DNA of 63,927 nt, counting the filler, from Aduncisulcus paluster (lineage: Eukaryota), in assembly GCA_024181965.1 (NCBI GenBank). It is 7 parts of 7 records of this genome, joined end to end, with 100 filler letters (N's around TTAATTAATTAA, not from the genome) between each part and the next. Parts side by side here need not be neighbours in the genome. Positions count along the whole stretch, not along the records: positions 1 to 13,575 come from BQXS01012566.1; 6 more parts are not named here. One strand, written 5' to 3'. Positions 1-10,392 of this stretch are shown piece by piece. The position numbers were made by a program, and so were the translations under genes. The notes under the pieces were generated by a model. The model saw nothing but the letters and a program-made list of their open reading frames with translations. It made no database searches and had not been told where the DNA came from. The first letter of the stretch is position 1, and the number at the start of each line of letters is the position of its first letter.

Positions 1-3000
1 GGTCATCCCCATACAAATCACCGAAACACCAGATAATGTCATCATCCTCAACCTTCCAGAATATCGAGGTGGCAAAGTTCTCAAATAATGGGAATGCAAA
101 TGGGAGAGAAAATCCAATGTTAGATCCAAGTGTAGAGTCATCAGTAGCAACCGGATGAATCAAGTTCTCATCGCTTGTGACCACACAATCACTGGATGCA
201 GTGCTGTATGAATCGGGTGGGAATACAATCGTGTATGTATCTAAAGAAAGAGATATATCATATTGGAACACAGGATTGAACTCAACGGAGTAGACAAGCG
301 GTGAAATGGAACTGTAAGAGAAATGGCTTCCGACAAAAGCAACAACTGAGTCAGGAAGCATGTAAATATTACCAGTAACTTCTCCTCCATGAATGTACAA
401 TGTCTTATTCTCCAACACAAGCACACGACAGAATGGTCCATCGCTCATTGTGGAGCTCTCAGTGTCATCACTGGCATCATTAATACCAATGATATATCCA
501 CTCGTAGATACTGTTAGCATGTAATTATTCACATCACACACAGTTCCATACCCATCTCCAATAACGGGACAAAGTTTGGTATCATCTTGCCCACATCCAG
601 AATCAGCACACAATTCACCCGTATAGGATGCTGAACAGTCACAAGCAGTGCCAGTCTCATCAACGACACCGTGGAAACATATAACACTGCCTGCAAAGTA
701 GTAAATCTCGGACAGAGAATCCCCAGAAGGGGCCGAATACACATCTGGACTGAATCGGATGAATACATAGTCAGAATTGACAAGAGAAAGCCCCAAGATG
801 GAGGATTGTGACACACCAAAGAAGGAAGGTTTAGAAAGATCTGAGAACTCAAGAGTATAATCGGCGTCAATCATTCCGAGAGACATGAACATGAGGACAT
901 TTCCGAGGTAATCCATGTGGAATAGCACAACGATAACACTGTTGGGATCAAGGATTGTGAACCAATGCCCACCAGGAGCACGAGCATCAGAATCGGTAGT
1001 ATCATAGCCAAACAACTCAAGAGAGGTAGTTCTGGGATCATAGTCGACAGAAACACTCATAGAGCTTATCGTTGCATATGCTGAGTCAGACATAAGCCCC
1101 GATAATACTATAATTTGATCCATATACTTTTCGTCCTCATCGTATAGGTTCAGACCAACCTCCATGGTTCCAAGCCCTGAAGTCGAAGAGTCCACAAAAG
1201 AAGTATAGTATTGGACATAGAAAGCCCGAGTGTCCTTCGCTGATTCATAAACTGAGGAAACAGGGATTGAAAGCGGGGGTTTCAAGGCAATAAGAGGATT
1301 ATCTGAGCTTGAAGAAGAGGAGTCAGGCAGCATACTGGTCCAGATCACACCAACCGGGATATGAGTTGTGAGTGTGGAGACGAGAGAGAGCTGAGAGAAG
1401 GAATAGCCAGAAAAGTACTGGAGGAAATAAAGATCATAATTCATACTAAAGTATGGAACAGCGATATCCTGGAAGAAATCAGGTCCATTGACAGCTCCAT
1501 CGCTGAAAATGCCCGTGGAGAGCACATGAACAACTGAACCAAGCTCACCGCGAATGAACACTCGCTTGTCAACAGAGTTTGCTATAACAATATCCAACTT
1601 ACTATCCTTTCCAAGCAATATCTCATTATAAACAGAGTCTTTCATCAGCTGTTTCATCGTATATTTATAGTTGGAAGCCTGAGAATACACATTCCAATCA
1701 GCAATTGAGGCATTACGAGATGAACACACGGATGTTCCTGTGGATATCTTCCACTCACTATCACAAGAACAAGTATTGGATTGAGAGTCAGAACAGACAC
1801 CATGATCACAGAAGAGGGAGTCTCCATCGCATGAACTGTAGTTCAGGGTCAAAGTGGCGGGATTAAAGGAATCAAGATACATGTCTGGATCGATAATGAT
1901 CGAGAAAGACGAACGTTCGGACAAAGTAACAACCAGATCATCACGAGGACGGCCATAAAGAGAATCGGGAAGATCGACATATGAGACGACATAGTCGGGG
2001 ATGGAGAGAGAAATCCTTGTCATTGAATCCTCAAGAGAAGACACAGTCTCTCGCAGAGGCCAGGCACCATCAACCCCATACCCAGGATCGTTGGTCGAGG
2101 AGAGATGAGGCAAAGACAAATTAACATAAATCTCAATCTTACCTGTTGTATAAATGATGAACACGACAGCTGGTAACTCAGAATCATTGTTCCCACTATC
2201 GGCACTCTCTTGAGAATAAACATAGAACATATCCATCCCTTCTATCCTATGCAGTGGGTTCATGGCAGAGGCATATATGTGTTCAACCTCACTGACCTCA
2301 CCTAGGAAAGAATTCTCAAGGGTGATGAACATAACACCTGTTGTCTCCTCCCCTTCCCGAGTAGCCTCAAGAACGAGTGTAATGCTGTCAGTGTTGCCAT
2401 CAGTAACCTCAGCCGTGACATAAGCATACTGGGCAAGCGATGGGATGACTCCATCAGTGTAAATAGGAAACATGGGAGACAATGTAACGCACGAAGTGGA
2501 ATCAAGCTCACACCCACCGTCAGTCATGGCAGTGTCGAAGTCTCTGATACCAAGAGAAGAGATGTTGACTAGATGAGGGAACCATCTTCCAGACCACACT
2601 CGATTGAGAGAATCTTTCTGTTCCAATAAAGCATGTACATAACTAGGATGGAAGTTGACGACACACATATCTGTCGTTGTGTTGTCCTCATCGAACAGAA
2701 CAGATATAAGGAAAGTGTTGATTCCCATCTTCGAAGGCACAACATCAAAATGAGTGATAGTTTCCTCAGGCAGAGGGTCAGGAGGAGCATTTGACGATGA
2801 AGAAAGAGGAATCAGAGGATTACGGGTTATTCCAATTATCCGAAGACCTGAAAGGGGTGTGGAACGTCCCATTGAGTCTCCAATGATATGACTGGAAACT
2901 GACATAGTTCCGAGAGCAGACAGAGAGAAAACAGCAGAGAATTCAACCATTTCAGCGTTGTTTTCATTCAACATAACCCCAACGTTGTATTCGTACACCA

Positions 3001-5200
3001 TGCTTTCATTATAACCCTCGTATAAATGGGGACGAGCTTCAACAGAGCAATCAAACCCTCCGGATTCACGAGTCCCAATCATTGTCATTTTGATTATCAT
3101 GTCATCGCCACTCATAAGAAGATACTCAAGCTCCACAGACGTTTCACCAGAGACATCATCCTCAACAGCAGTGCAAGTGAAATAAAGTGCATCAGCATAG
3201 ACCAAGGAGGTGGATGTCGTAGATGAACTCCTTTCACACCCAACGAGAACCCTCTTATCTAAATAAGACTCTTCAGTGGGCAAGGCAAGTTTCCCCTGTA
3301 GATATTCGGGAGATACAGATTCAAGACCCTCGTCTTTGGGTATGACAAGCTCATAGAGGGTGTCAGGAAGCATGGTTGTGGTCCACTCGCTTGTCGTCTC
3401 GATGTCAAATGAATTGTACCCCTGTATCTTCCCGTTGAACATCGAAGAGCTAATCAGATAATTGGAAGGGGCATACGTGAGAATATCACCAATCAGCTCT
3501 GTACCATCATCCAATGTAACCGTTACGGAAGAGTATGGATTTAAATCAGTTGGATCTTCATCAAATAAGTTGATAAGGAAACGAATGTCACCGGAGGATT
3601 TGTTATCATTGGGAAGGACCAGACCAGATGACCAAGAGAAATTATTACTTGAATCATAGTAGTAAAGCATGATGTAATTGTTAGCACCCATCAAAAGCTC
3701 ACCCAACACAATAGAATCAGGATTATTGGCAATTTGAAACAGGTTCTCATCTCTCTCATGCGAATAAGTTGCTGTTATCTGGTACACCGTGTTCAAACCA
3801 CTCACAAATTCGAATATATCGGTGGATGTGGTACAAGACACATAGACGGTGGAGATCTCGACCAATGTTCCATCACTCAGTGGAATCCAGACACTGTTAT
3901 ATAGAGAATACAAGGTATTAAGTGAAAAGTGATCGTAAGCAAGGTTAAAGTAGTATGCAAGTGTATCAAAAGCAGAAGCAGCTGGGTATATAATGAACGA
4001 TGCTGGATCTTCATGGGGGAGCAACATAGAGTTCCCTCGAGTGTAACTCACAGAACAAGGGCTCGAAGCACTCATTGGAACATCACAACTAAAGGTGGTA
4101 TACTTCATAAAGGTATTATTTCCCATTCTATTCCCTAACTCGATCACAGGACTCCCCGAAGATACTTCAAAGGAGNNNNNNNNNNNNNNNNNNNNATTAA
4201 GTGAAAAGTGATCGTAAGCAAGGTTAAAGTAGTATGCAAGTGTATCAAAAGCAGAAGCAGCTGGGTATATAATGAACGATGCTGGATCTTCATGGGGGAG
4301 CAACATAGAGTTCCCTCGAGTGTAACTCACAGAACAAGGGCTCGAAGCACTCATTGGAACATCACAACTAAAGGTGGTATACTTCATAAAGGTATTATTT
4401 CCCATTCTATTCCCTAACTCGATCACAGGACTCCCCGAAGATACTTCAAAGGAGTTGACGATGTGCATATCACCAAGGGGAGTAATATAGACACCAATTA
4501 GAATGGTGGAAGTAGATTCATCAACAACTCCAACGTTGATACCGAGGTCCCGTTCGGTAATAACGTGCATCTTATATTCAGAAGAGCAAGGAACATCAAT
4601 AAACCACATAGATAGAACAGGAACAACATTCTCATTGTATATATCGATTGTGGCAATCATTTGAGCATCAATACAGGAATATTTAAGATATTTACCACCT
4701 GATTCATCAGGACGAATTCCTATTACACTCTTAGGGAAAGGAACATATATTCCACTATCGTAGGAATTATCTAAATTCAACGGAAGAAGAGAAATAGCAT
4801 CAGGCGCTTCTGATTGAGTCGAAGACAAAACAAAAGAGTAAGCAGGGCCTGTGAAAACAATCTGTTGCTCCTTTTCACTTCCATCAGAATCAAAGATAGT
4901 TACAATATCAGAATATGGAGGAGTAACCGCACGTTGAATGGTATTTCCACTGATTCCATCAGAAGTTGAATATACCCGGATATCAGCTCCATTTTCAGCA
5001 TATACATGAATAGAACTATCTAGATCTGGGTCTATGCGTTGTAAGTCTAATTTTGCCTCTCTTCCAACAACATATATTCTTGATTCGACCGGATTGTAAG
5101 ATATCTTCTCACCATCACTTATTATCGTGAAATCATCAGAAGCAGCCAGGCAAAATGTAAAAATAGATAAAAAAAGAAATAAAAATATTTGATTAAACAT
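1..5200 (-). CDS. Large secreted/surface protein with EGF-like Cys motifs (3'-partial, runs off window)
   Basis: Segments translated by hand: ATG at 5200 gives MFNQIFLFLFLSIFTFCLAASDD (signal peptide); the same frame reads sensibly at ~680 and at the window start. EGF-like segments CDHGVCSDSQSNTCSCDSEW (~1760-1815) and CFHGVVDETGTACDCSASYTGELC (~610-680). Absent from the ORF track, consistent with no stop inside the window. 3917-4175 is duplicated at 4196-4454 across a 20-N gap (offset 279, frame kept). Confidence 0.85.
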   Translation of the reverse strand, partial: MFNQIFLFLFLSIFTFCLAASDDFTIISDGEKISYNPVESRIYVVGREAKLDLQRIDPDLDSSIHVYAENGADIRVYSTSDGISGNTIQRAVTPPYSDIVTIFDSDGSEKEQQIVFTGPAYSFVLSSTQSEAPDAISLLPLNLDNSYDSGIYVPFPKSVIGIRPDESGGKYLKYSCIDAQMIATIDIYNENVVPVLSMWFIDVPCSSEYKMHVITERDLGINVGVVDESTSTILIGVYITPLGDMHIVNSFEVSSGSPVIELGNRMGNNTFMKYTTFSCDVPMSASSPCSVSYTRGNSMLLPHEDPASFIIYPAASAFDTLAYYFNLAYDHFSLNXXXXXXXSFEVSSGSPVIELGNRMGNNTFMKYTTFSCDVPMSASSPCSVSYTRGNSMLLPHEDPASFIIYPAASAFDTLAYYFNLAYDHFSLNTLYSLYNSVWIPLSDGTLVEISTVYVSCTTSTDIFEFVSGLNTVYQITATYSHERDENLFQIANNPDSIVLGELLMGANNYIMLYYYDSSNNFSWSSGLVLPNDNKSSGDIRFLINLFDEDPTDLNPYSSVTVTLDDGTELIGDILTYAPSNYLISSSMFNGKIQGYNSFDIETTSEWTTTMLPDTLYELVIPKDEGLESVSPEYLQGKLALPTEESYLDKRVLVGCERSSSTTSTSLVYADALYFTCTAVEDDVSGETSVELEYLLMSGDDMIIKMTMIGTRESGGFDCSVEARPHLYEGYNESMVYEYNVGVMLNENNAEMVEFSAVFSLSALGTMSVSSHIIGDSMGRSTPLSGLRIIGITRNPLIPLSSSSNAPPDPLPEETITHFDVVPSKMGINTFLISVLFDEDNTTTDMCVVNFHPSYVHALLEQKDSLNRVWSGRWFPHLVNISSLGIRDFDTAMTDGGCELDSTSCVTLSPMFPIYTDGVIPSLAQYAYVTAEVTDGNTDSITLVLEATREGEETTGVMFITLENSFLGEVSEVEHIYASAMNPLHRIEGMDMFYVYSQESADSGNNDSELPAVVFIIYTTGKIEIYVNLSLPHLSSTNDPGYGVDGAWPLRETVSSLEDSMTRISLSIPDYVVSYVDLPDSLYGRPRDDLVVTLSERSSFSIIIDPDMYLDSFNPATLTLNYSSCDGDSLFCDHGVCSDSQSNTCSCDSEWKISTGTSVCSSRNASIADWNVYSQASNYKYTMKQLMKDSVYNEILLGKDSKLDIVIANSVDKRVFIRGELGSVVHVLSTGIFSDGAVNGPDFFQDIAVPYFSMNYDLYFLQYFSGYSFSQLSLVSTLTTHIPVGVIWTSMLPDSSSSSSDNPLIALKPPLSIPVSSVYESAKDTRAFYVQYYTSFVDSSTSGLGTMEVGLNLYDEDEKYMDQIIVLSGLMSDSAYATISSMSVSVDYDPRTTSLELFGYDTTDSDARAPGGHWFTILDPNSVIVVLFHMDYLGNVLMFMSLGMIDADYTLEFSDLSKPSFFGVSQSSILGLSLVNSDYVFIRFSPDVYSAPSGDSLSEIYYFAGSVICFHGVVDETGTACDCSASYTGELCADSGCGQDDTKLCPVIGDGYGTVCDVNNYMLTVSTSGYIIGINDASDDTESSTMSDGPFCRVLVLENKTLYIHGGEVTGNIYMLPDSVVAFVGSHFSYSSISPLVYSVEFNPVFQYDISLSLDTYTIVFPPDSYSTASSDCVVTSDENLIHPVATDDSTLGSNIGFSLPFAFPLFENFATSIFWKVEDDDIIWCFGDLYGDD

Positions 5201-5635
5201 TTCTGCTCGAAACTCCGGGCGGCAAAATGAACTAACCTGGTTGGTTCAAACAAAGTTCATCCGAAAAATAATATTTCTGCTAAAATAAGGAGTGATATTA
5301 ATTAATCAGGGTTAAGAAATACCCTTTTTTATTATTTTATATTTATCCTCCTATTCAAATCTATCAGGCAGCCTGATAATCAGGGCCTGATTTTTTCGAC
5401 TGACGAATCTTCGTAGCTTGTCCCTAAGTTGATATTTATTTTAATCGAAACGAGGAAATATTCACAATATATGAAGTAAAATATTGCACAGATTAATAGA
5501 AAAAAAGCAAAAACAATTTTTCCGTGATATGGCGAAAACCGCAAATAAACTGACATTTAAACCCGTAAAACAACCATAATATATTAATAATTAAAACTAA
5601 TTTATTATAGTGATGCAATTCACATAGCCCACTCG

Positions 5636-7417
5636 ATGGGAGAAATGGAACGATTTTTTCGTGGCAATACTCCCACTACTATGTCTTTTCCAACACAAAC
5701 AAAACGGAATGAAGTAGGTACTTCCCGAACTAAGGTTAATATTTCACATCACAATCCTTCCTTATCTATTCCATACACATCTGAAACATCGGGTGGATCC
5801 TATTCTACTTTGCGAACTCGCGAGAGATCTTCATCGCGTTCCCCATCCCCTGAAATTATGGCAGCTTGTGCAGCTGCCAAAGCCGCTATTGTTGCCGTAC
5901 GATCTCGAAGTGCTTCTCCTCATTCTCCAGCTTATGGTAGGTCTCCAGACAGATATGGAAGACGTTCCCCATCCCCAGAGATATTTCCTTTCCATAAATT
6001 CCTTCCTCTTGGGGTTGAAATTCCTGCTTCTCCGATAGTTCCCGAGCCTTATCCTTCTAACAATTGTTGTGCTCGTGACTGCCTTAAAAAATATCCATTT
6101 GGAGACAGAGAATCCTTGATGTCCGCAATAGCTGTCGTAAATCACCGTGGTCCTCGAAGGGAGGAGTATCGAAAAGCTTTTATTGAGAAACATTTCATAA
6201 ATGAGAAAGGAGATATTGTAATGTGTTATAATGCAATTAAACTATTAATGAAATGTAGTAATGATAAAGTCCGCATTGCTGTTCGTGATGTACGACAAAG
6301 AGTATGTCCAGATAAATTGCAGAGGAGTGGACGTAAAAAGAAATTGAGTAATGATGATTTACAGCGGATTCAAAAAGCTATCACACCATATATTGAGATT
6401 AACCCCGAAGACGGTTCTGCTAAGTTGACCACTTCCACTATTACTGAACTTTTTAAGAAAAGCTCCCCTTCTCTTCCCAAACATGTAAACTCAAAGAATT
6501 TTGGGACAGTTGTGAAAAAAATACTCCTCAAAGCCGGTAAATCTGCGTCAAAAAAGAAACGAATGCTGGGCGATGCTGAATACACGTCCGCCCACCATTC
6601 CGATGCTCGTAGGAATATTAGTGGGCGTAAGTCTTCATCATCGAGCTCAATTCGCCCCCCATCAACGTTTCTTCAACCTGACATGCCAGCTCCATCGAGA
6701 TTTTACAAGATGAATGAACGCCGTTATTTTTCAGGCCATCCAGATAGTGAGCGTGATTCTGCTCCATTCTTTGAGCTTAGTCAGTTGGGAATGAGTGATT
6801 TTACTGAGAGTAGTATGTTTGGAACCCATACAGAGACTTCCCACAATATTTTTACCGATGATCTCTCCCAACGTTCGTATGAATATGTACCCATGTCTGG
6901 CGGTTACACGACTTCTTCTCTCCCTCTCCCTCCTAATCCTGCTGGTTCCATGGGAATGTCTCCACGGAGTGTTCCCTCCCTTGATATGTTCTCACCCCCA
7001 ATGATGAGTCCTTCATCACCTTATTCCGGCATTCCTCCTGTTCCTGTTGCTCCTGATTCCATTGGAGGAAGTGGGCCAACTCATTCTATTTTTTCCAGCG
7101 ATGTCCCGAGTCCATTTGTCCCGGATTCCATGCTTCCGCCATATCCCATGAAAGAAGAAGAGGTTGATATCACTCAATCAATGCCGATTCCAACGATGCC
7201 TTCTGCCGGTTACCACCAAGGGCCTTCGGTTATGGACGGACAATATCCCGAAATGTATACATATGGGGGTGGATATAACCCCCAGCCAGTATTTAGCCAT
7301 AAACAGAACCTCAAAGATGAAGAAGATGAAATGGGTATTATGATTCATCACGAGGGAAGCTTTAGCGGAAGCGGTAATGTGGCTGAGTCATTATCAATCC
7401 CTTTTCCTCCCCCGTAG
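5636..7417 (+). CDS. Hypothetical nuclear protein: Cys-rich/helical domain, basic NLS-like segments, Pro/Ser/Met-rich C-terminus (possible transcription regulator)
   Basis: 593-aa ORF; CCARDCL...VMCYNAIKLLMKCSNDKVR motif, GRKKK and SKKKR basic patches, long low-complexity tail. Confidence 0.6.
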   Translation: MGEMERFFRGNTPTTMSFPTQTKRNEVGTSRTKVNISHHNPSLSIPYTSETSGGSYSTLRTRERSSSRSPSPEIMAACAAAKAAIVAVRSRSASPHSPAYGRSPDRYGRRSPSPEIFPFHKFLPLGVEIPASPIVPEPYPSNNCCARDCLKKYPFGDRESLMSAIAVVNHRGPRREEYRKAFIEKHFINEKGDIVMCYNAIKLLMKCSNDKVRIAVRDVRQRVCPDKLQRSGRKKKLSNDDLQRIQKAITPYIEINPEDGSAKLTTSTITELFKKSSPSLPKHVNSKNFGTVVKKILLKAGKSASKKKRMLGDAEYTSAHHSDARRNISGRKSSSSSSIRPPSTFLQPDMPAPSRFYKMNERRYFSGHPDSERDSAPFFELSQLGMSDFTESSMFGTHTETSHNIFTDDLSQRSYEYVPMSGGYTTSSLPLPPNPAGSMGMSPRSVPSLDMFSPPMMSPSSPYSGIPPVPVAPDSIGGSGPTHSIFSSDVPSPFVPDSMLPPYPMKEEEVDITQSMPIPTMPSAGYHQGPSVMDGQYPEMYTYGGGYNPQPVFSHKQNLKDEEDEMGIMIHHEGSFSGSGNVAESLSIPFPPP

Positions 7418-7645
7418 GGATTTCATTGCCTCAACGGTTCCAATTATTATTAAAATATTTCATCTACTTAGCATATTATATTATTTCTCCCTCTGTTTGT
7501 CTGTGACATTTGAAAGAAGCTTCATAAATCAATTCAGTTTATTCACTTTGATAAATAAAATTTCTGTATATGTTAAATGGTTCTCTTGCATTCAATCCCC
7601 TTGTCGGGACAATTTTCCCAATTTCGGGGGGGTTTATTCAATTGT

Positions 7646-7665
7646 CACACACACACACACACACA
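7646..7665 (+). repeat. (CA)10 microsatellite
   Basis: Directly visible. Confidence 0.9.
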
Positions 7666-7725
7666 ATTTTCCCAATTTCGAAACACAAACTGTAAACCAA
7701 TAATAACAAACTTAATATAGAAATT

Positions 7726-10392
7726 ATGCCAAGTGACGATGATATCAAAAAGGTTAAATATTTTAAATCCTCCAATCTCGACACTCTGATGGAGGAATTT
7801 CAAGAAATCGTTATTCACAAGGCCCAAGATTCTACTTTCTCCATTTCCGAGTTATATGCTGCTGGAAAATTTGAAGAAAGGTATTTTGTATCTTTAAAAT
7901 CTATTCTTGGATCTCTCTATGAAAAAGCCCTCTCAGGAAAGGAACCTGGGCATTTTAAAATGTTGAAGATACCAGATTCGGAATTAATTAGCGAAGATGG
8001 AAAAATATCTGAAGTTTCTCAAGGAAGTGTTGGTGATTGCTGGCTTTTGTCCTCTGTCAGTGCAGTTGCCCCATTTCCTCGCCTTTTGTCTCGTTTTTTT
8101 CCGATTGAACTAAAAGGAAATGAGTGTGTTATTGCTTCTTTCTTTTTCCTCGGGAAGAAAGTGTATGTTCCTGTCGATATGTTAGTTCCTGTTGTTCCGA
8201 AGCGAATCTTACAACTTCATGATGGAACTCTTCAGGTCAAAGAATGGCAACCCTGGGCATCTAAATGTGTAAATCCAAAGGAAATGTGGATGTCTGTTGT
8301 TGAGAAAGCTTTTGCCAAATTATGTGGGAATTATGGCATGATCACTGGGGGAAAAGTATCCGAGGGTCTTGCTCTGCTTACAGGAGGCATTGGATTGCCA
8401 GATCTTCCCGATAAGAACGACCCACGTGCACTGTGGACCTTCATGTACGATTGTATCAAGGGAAATCGTGGAATGTTCGGATGTTCCACCAGATTGAACG
8501 AGGGAGGTATCATGAATCACCATGCCTATTCTGTGACAGATCTGGTTAATTTGGTTGGTAGCCAGATCCCTCCATCTCTTCAAGGCTCCCGTGATGTTCT
8601 CAGATTGGTCAAGTTGAGAAATCCTTGGGGCCATGGAGAATGGGAAGGAAAGTTTTCTGATAACGATTCCATCTGGAGTGAAAGAATGAAGAGTGGTCGA
8701 GAATTCAAAGAAGAACTTGGTCATGTTCTCTCTGATGATGGTTCTTTCTTCATGGAGTATAGAGATTTCTCTAGGATCTTTGATGATCTCGATGGAATGT
8801 TGCTTCCAGAAATGTTCTCATGCTCAATTCGTCATTTTGTTAGAATTGAGGGCAAGGAAGAAGGTTCCTGTAAGCTTAAAGTCACTCTTCCTTCAACGAA
8901 TGCATCCATTCCCACCAATCTCACCATCTCCCTTGAAGTATTGAATCCTCGTTTACTGGATGATGAGAACAAGGAAGCACCTCGGTTTGTTCGTCTCACT
9001 CCTTTCACCGCTACTGAGAAGAACCCTGTCCGGACCAATTTCCTTGGCAATCACCTTGTTGTCAAGTATGTCACGGTCACCCCCGAGGATAAGAGTTCTC
9101 CCAATGACATGGGCGAGATATTTGTTGGGATTGACGTGAACTGTGGTGAGTGCGATTCCATTGCGAGTGGGCATGGTGTGATCGGGCTTGTCTCTGTGCT
9201 GTGCAATGAACCAATCACTCTTTCCATGGACTCTCCGGGTGTCGAATCCATAGATATTTCTGAGAGTGAAGAACTGGGTGCAGTTGGAACCGATTTACCT
9301 GAGCTGGGTGGAGGAGAAATGAGTTCAATGTCAGACATTGGTTCTGCCCTTCCTTCCGCCCAAGGCCTCCCTGATTATTCTTCCCTTGGCGAAAGCACAT
9401 CGACACTGCCTTCATCCGCTATTATCCCAGAGAGTAATGATATCGGATGGGAAGATGAAAAGAAAGAAATTCAACAGGGTCTCATGACAAAAACAATGAT
9501 TATGGATGTGCTTATCAAGGAAAAAGAAAAAGAAATGGAACACGATGAGGGAGAAAAGGAATCTGAACCTCGTGGTGGTGAAACTCCAGCTTCTCAAAGT
9601 GGTATGGGTGGTATGGCAGGAATGGCAGGAATGGGTGGAATGGGTGGTATGGCAGGAATGGCAGGAATGGCAGGAATGGGTGGTATGGGACAACCTACTG
9701 GAATGACTGGGATGCCCACCTCAGGGATGCCCACCTCAGGGATGCCCACCTCAGGGATGGGTGGAATGACATCAGGAATGGCCCAATATGGAATGACTGG
9801 AATGACTGGAATGGGAGGAATGAGTCAGTATGGAATGGGAGCTCAAGGTGGCATGGGTGGCATGGGTGGTATGTCTGGTATGAGTGGCTCTGTTGCTTCG
9901 TATCCCAAGGTTATTTCGACGGCTGATTTACTGAAACAATATTCTTCAAAATATTATGGTGGAAAAACTAAGTATAACATTGAAATTCCTACAATGGGTG
10001 TGGCCCAATATCCAAGCCAACCTAGTATGATTCAACCCCAATACTCTGCTCAGTATCAACAACGAGCTAGAATGGGTTCTTCTTATTCACAAATGTCCCA
10101 ACAATACGTTCAAAGAAGCATGGGAAGTTCCTATGGAATGAGTGGTGGATATGGAATGGGAGGTGGATATATGCAGGGAATGGGAGGTGTCGCATCATAT
10201 CCAAGTATGCCTGGAATGGGAGTCCAACCTGGAATGACTGGTATGAGTAGTCAACCCGGAATGAGTGGAATGGGAGGCATGAGTGGAATGGGAGGCATGA
10301 GTGGAATGGGAGGCATGAGTGGAATGGGAGGCATGGGAGGCATGGGAGGCATGGGAGGCATGGGTGGTATGAGTGGTTACGGGGGATATTAA
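7726..10392 (+). CDS. Calpain-family cysteine protease (CysPc, peptidase C2) with Gly/Met-rich C-terminal tail
   Basis: Catalytic triad motifs QGSVGDCWLLS, HHAYSV, LRNPWG; also EKAFAKLCGNY and DDGSFFMEYRDF. Confidence 0.93.
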   Translation: MPSDDDIKKVKYFKSSNLDTLMEEFQEIVIHKAQDSTFSISELYAAGKFEERYFVSLKSILGSLYEKALSGKEPGHFKMLKIPDSELISEDGKISEVSQGSVGDCWLLSSVSAVAPFPRLLSRFFPIELKGNECVIASFFFLGKKVYVPVDMLVPVVPKRILQLHDGTLQVKEWQPWASKCVNPKEMWMSVVEKAFAKLCGNYGMITGGKVSEGLALLTGGIGLPDLPDKNDPRALWTFMYDCIKGNRGMFGCSTRLNEGGIMNHHAYSVTDLVNLVGSQIPPSLQGSRDVLRLVKLRNPWGHGEWEGKFSDNDSIWSERMKSGREFKEELGHVLSDDGSFFMEYRDFSRIFDDLDGMLLPEMFSCSIRHFVRIEGKEEGSCKLKVTLPSTNASIPTNLTISLEVLNPRLLDDENKEAPRFVRLTPFTATEKNPVRTNFLGNHLVVKYVTVTPEDKSSPNDMGEIFVGIDVNCGECDSIASGHGVIGLVSVLCNEPITLSMDSPGVESIDISESEELGAVGTDLPELGGGEMSSMSDIGSALPSAQGLPDYSSLGESTSTLPSSAIIPESNDIGWEDEKKEIQQGLMTKTMIMDVLIKEKEKEMEHDEGEKESEPRGGETPASQSGMGGMAGMAGMGGMGGMAGMAGMAGMGGMGQPTGMTGMPTSGMPTSGMPTSGMGGMTSGMAQYGMTGMTGMGGMSQYGMGAQGGMGGMGGMSGMSGSVASYPKVISTADLLKQYSSKYYGGKTKYNIEIPTMGVAQYPSQPSMIQPQYSAQYQQRARMGSSYSQMSQQYVQRSMGSSYGMSGGYGMGGGYMQGMGGVASYPSMPGMGVQPGMTGMSSQPGMSGMGGMSGMGGMSGMGGMSGMGGMGGMGGMGGMGGMSGYGGY
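9601..10380 (+). repeat. Coding minisatellites in the calpain tail (9-, 15- and 18-bp units: GMA/GMG, GMPTS, SGMGGM)
   Basis: gggatgcccacctca x3 near 9709-9757; gagtggaatgggaggcat x4 near 10263-10335. Confidence 0.85.

Noticed and set aside
241..4417. Short ORFs in the track here, and the many short antisense or off-frame ORFs inside long genes
   Set aside because: Shadow frames of long coding sequences with no motifs of their own
3917..4454. Tandem duplications around 20-N gaps (also at 11777, 15327, 18204, 30859, 38327, 50750, 54424, 61757)
   Set aside because: Each gap is flanked by the same sequence on both sides, the signature of unmerged contig overlaps; the genes read through once one copy is removed
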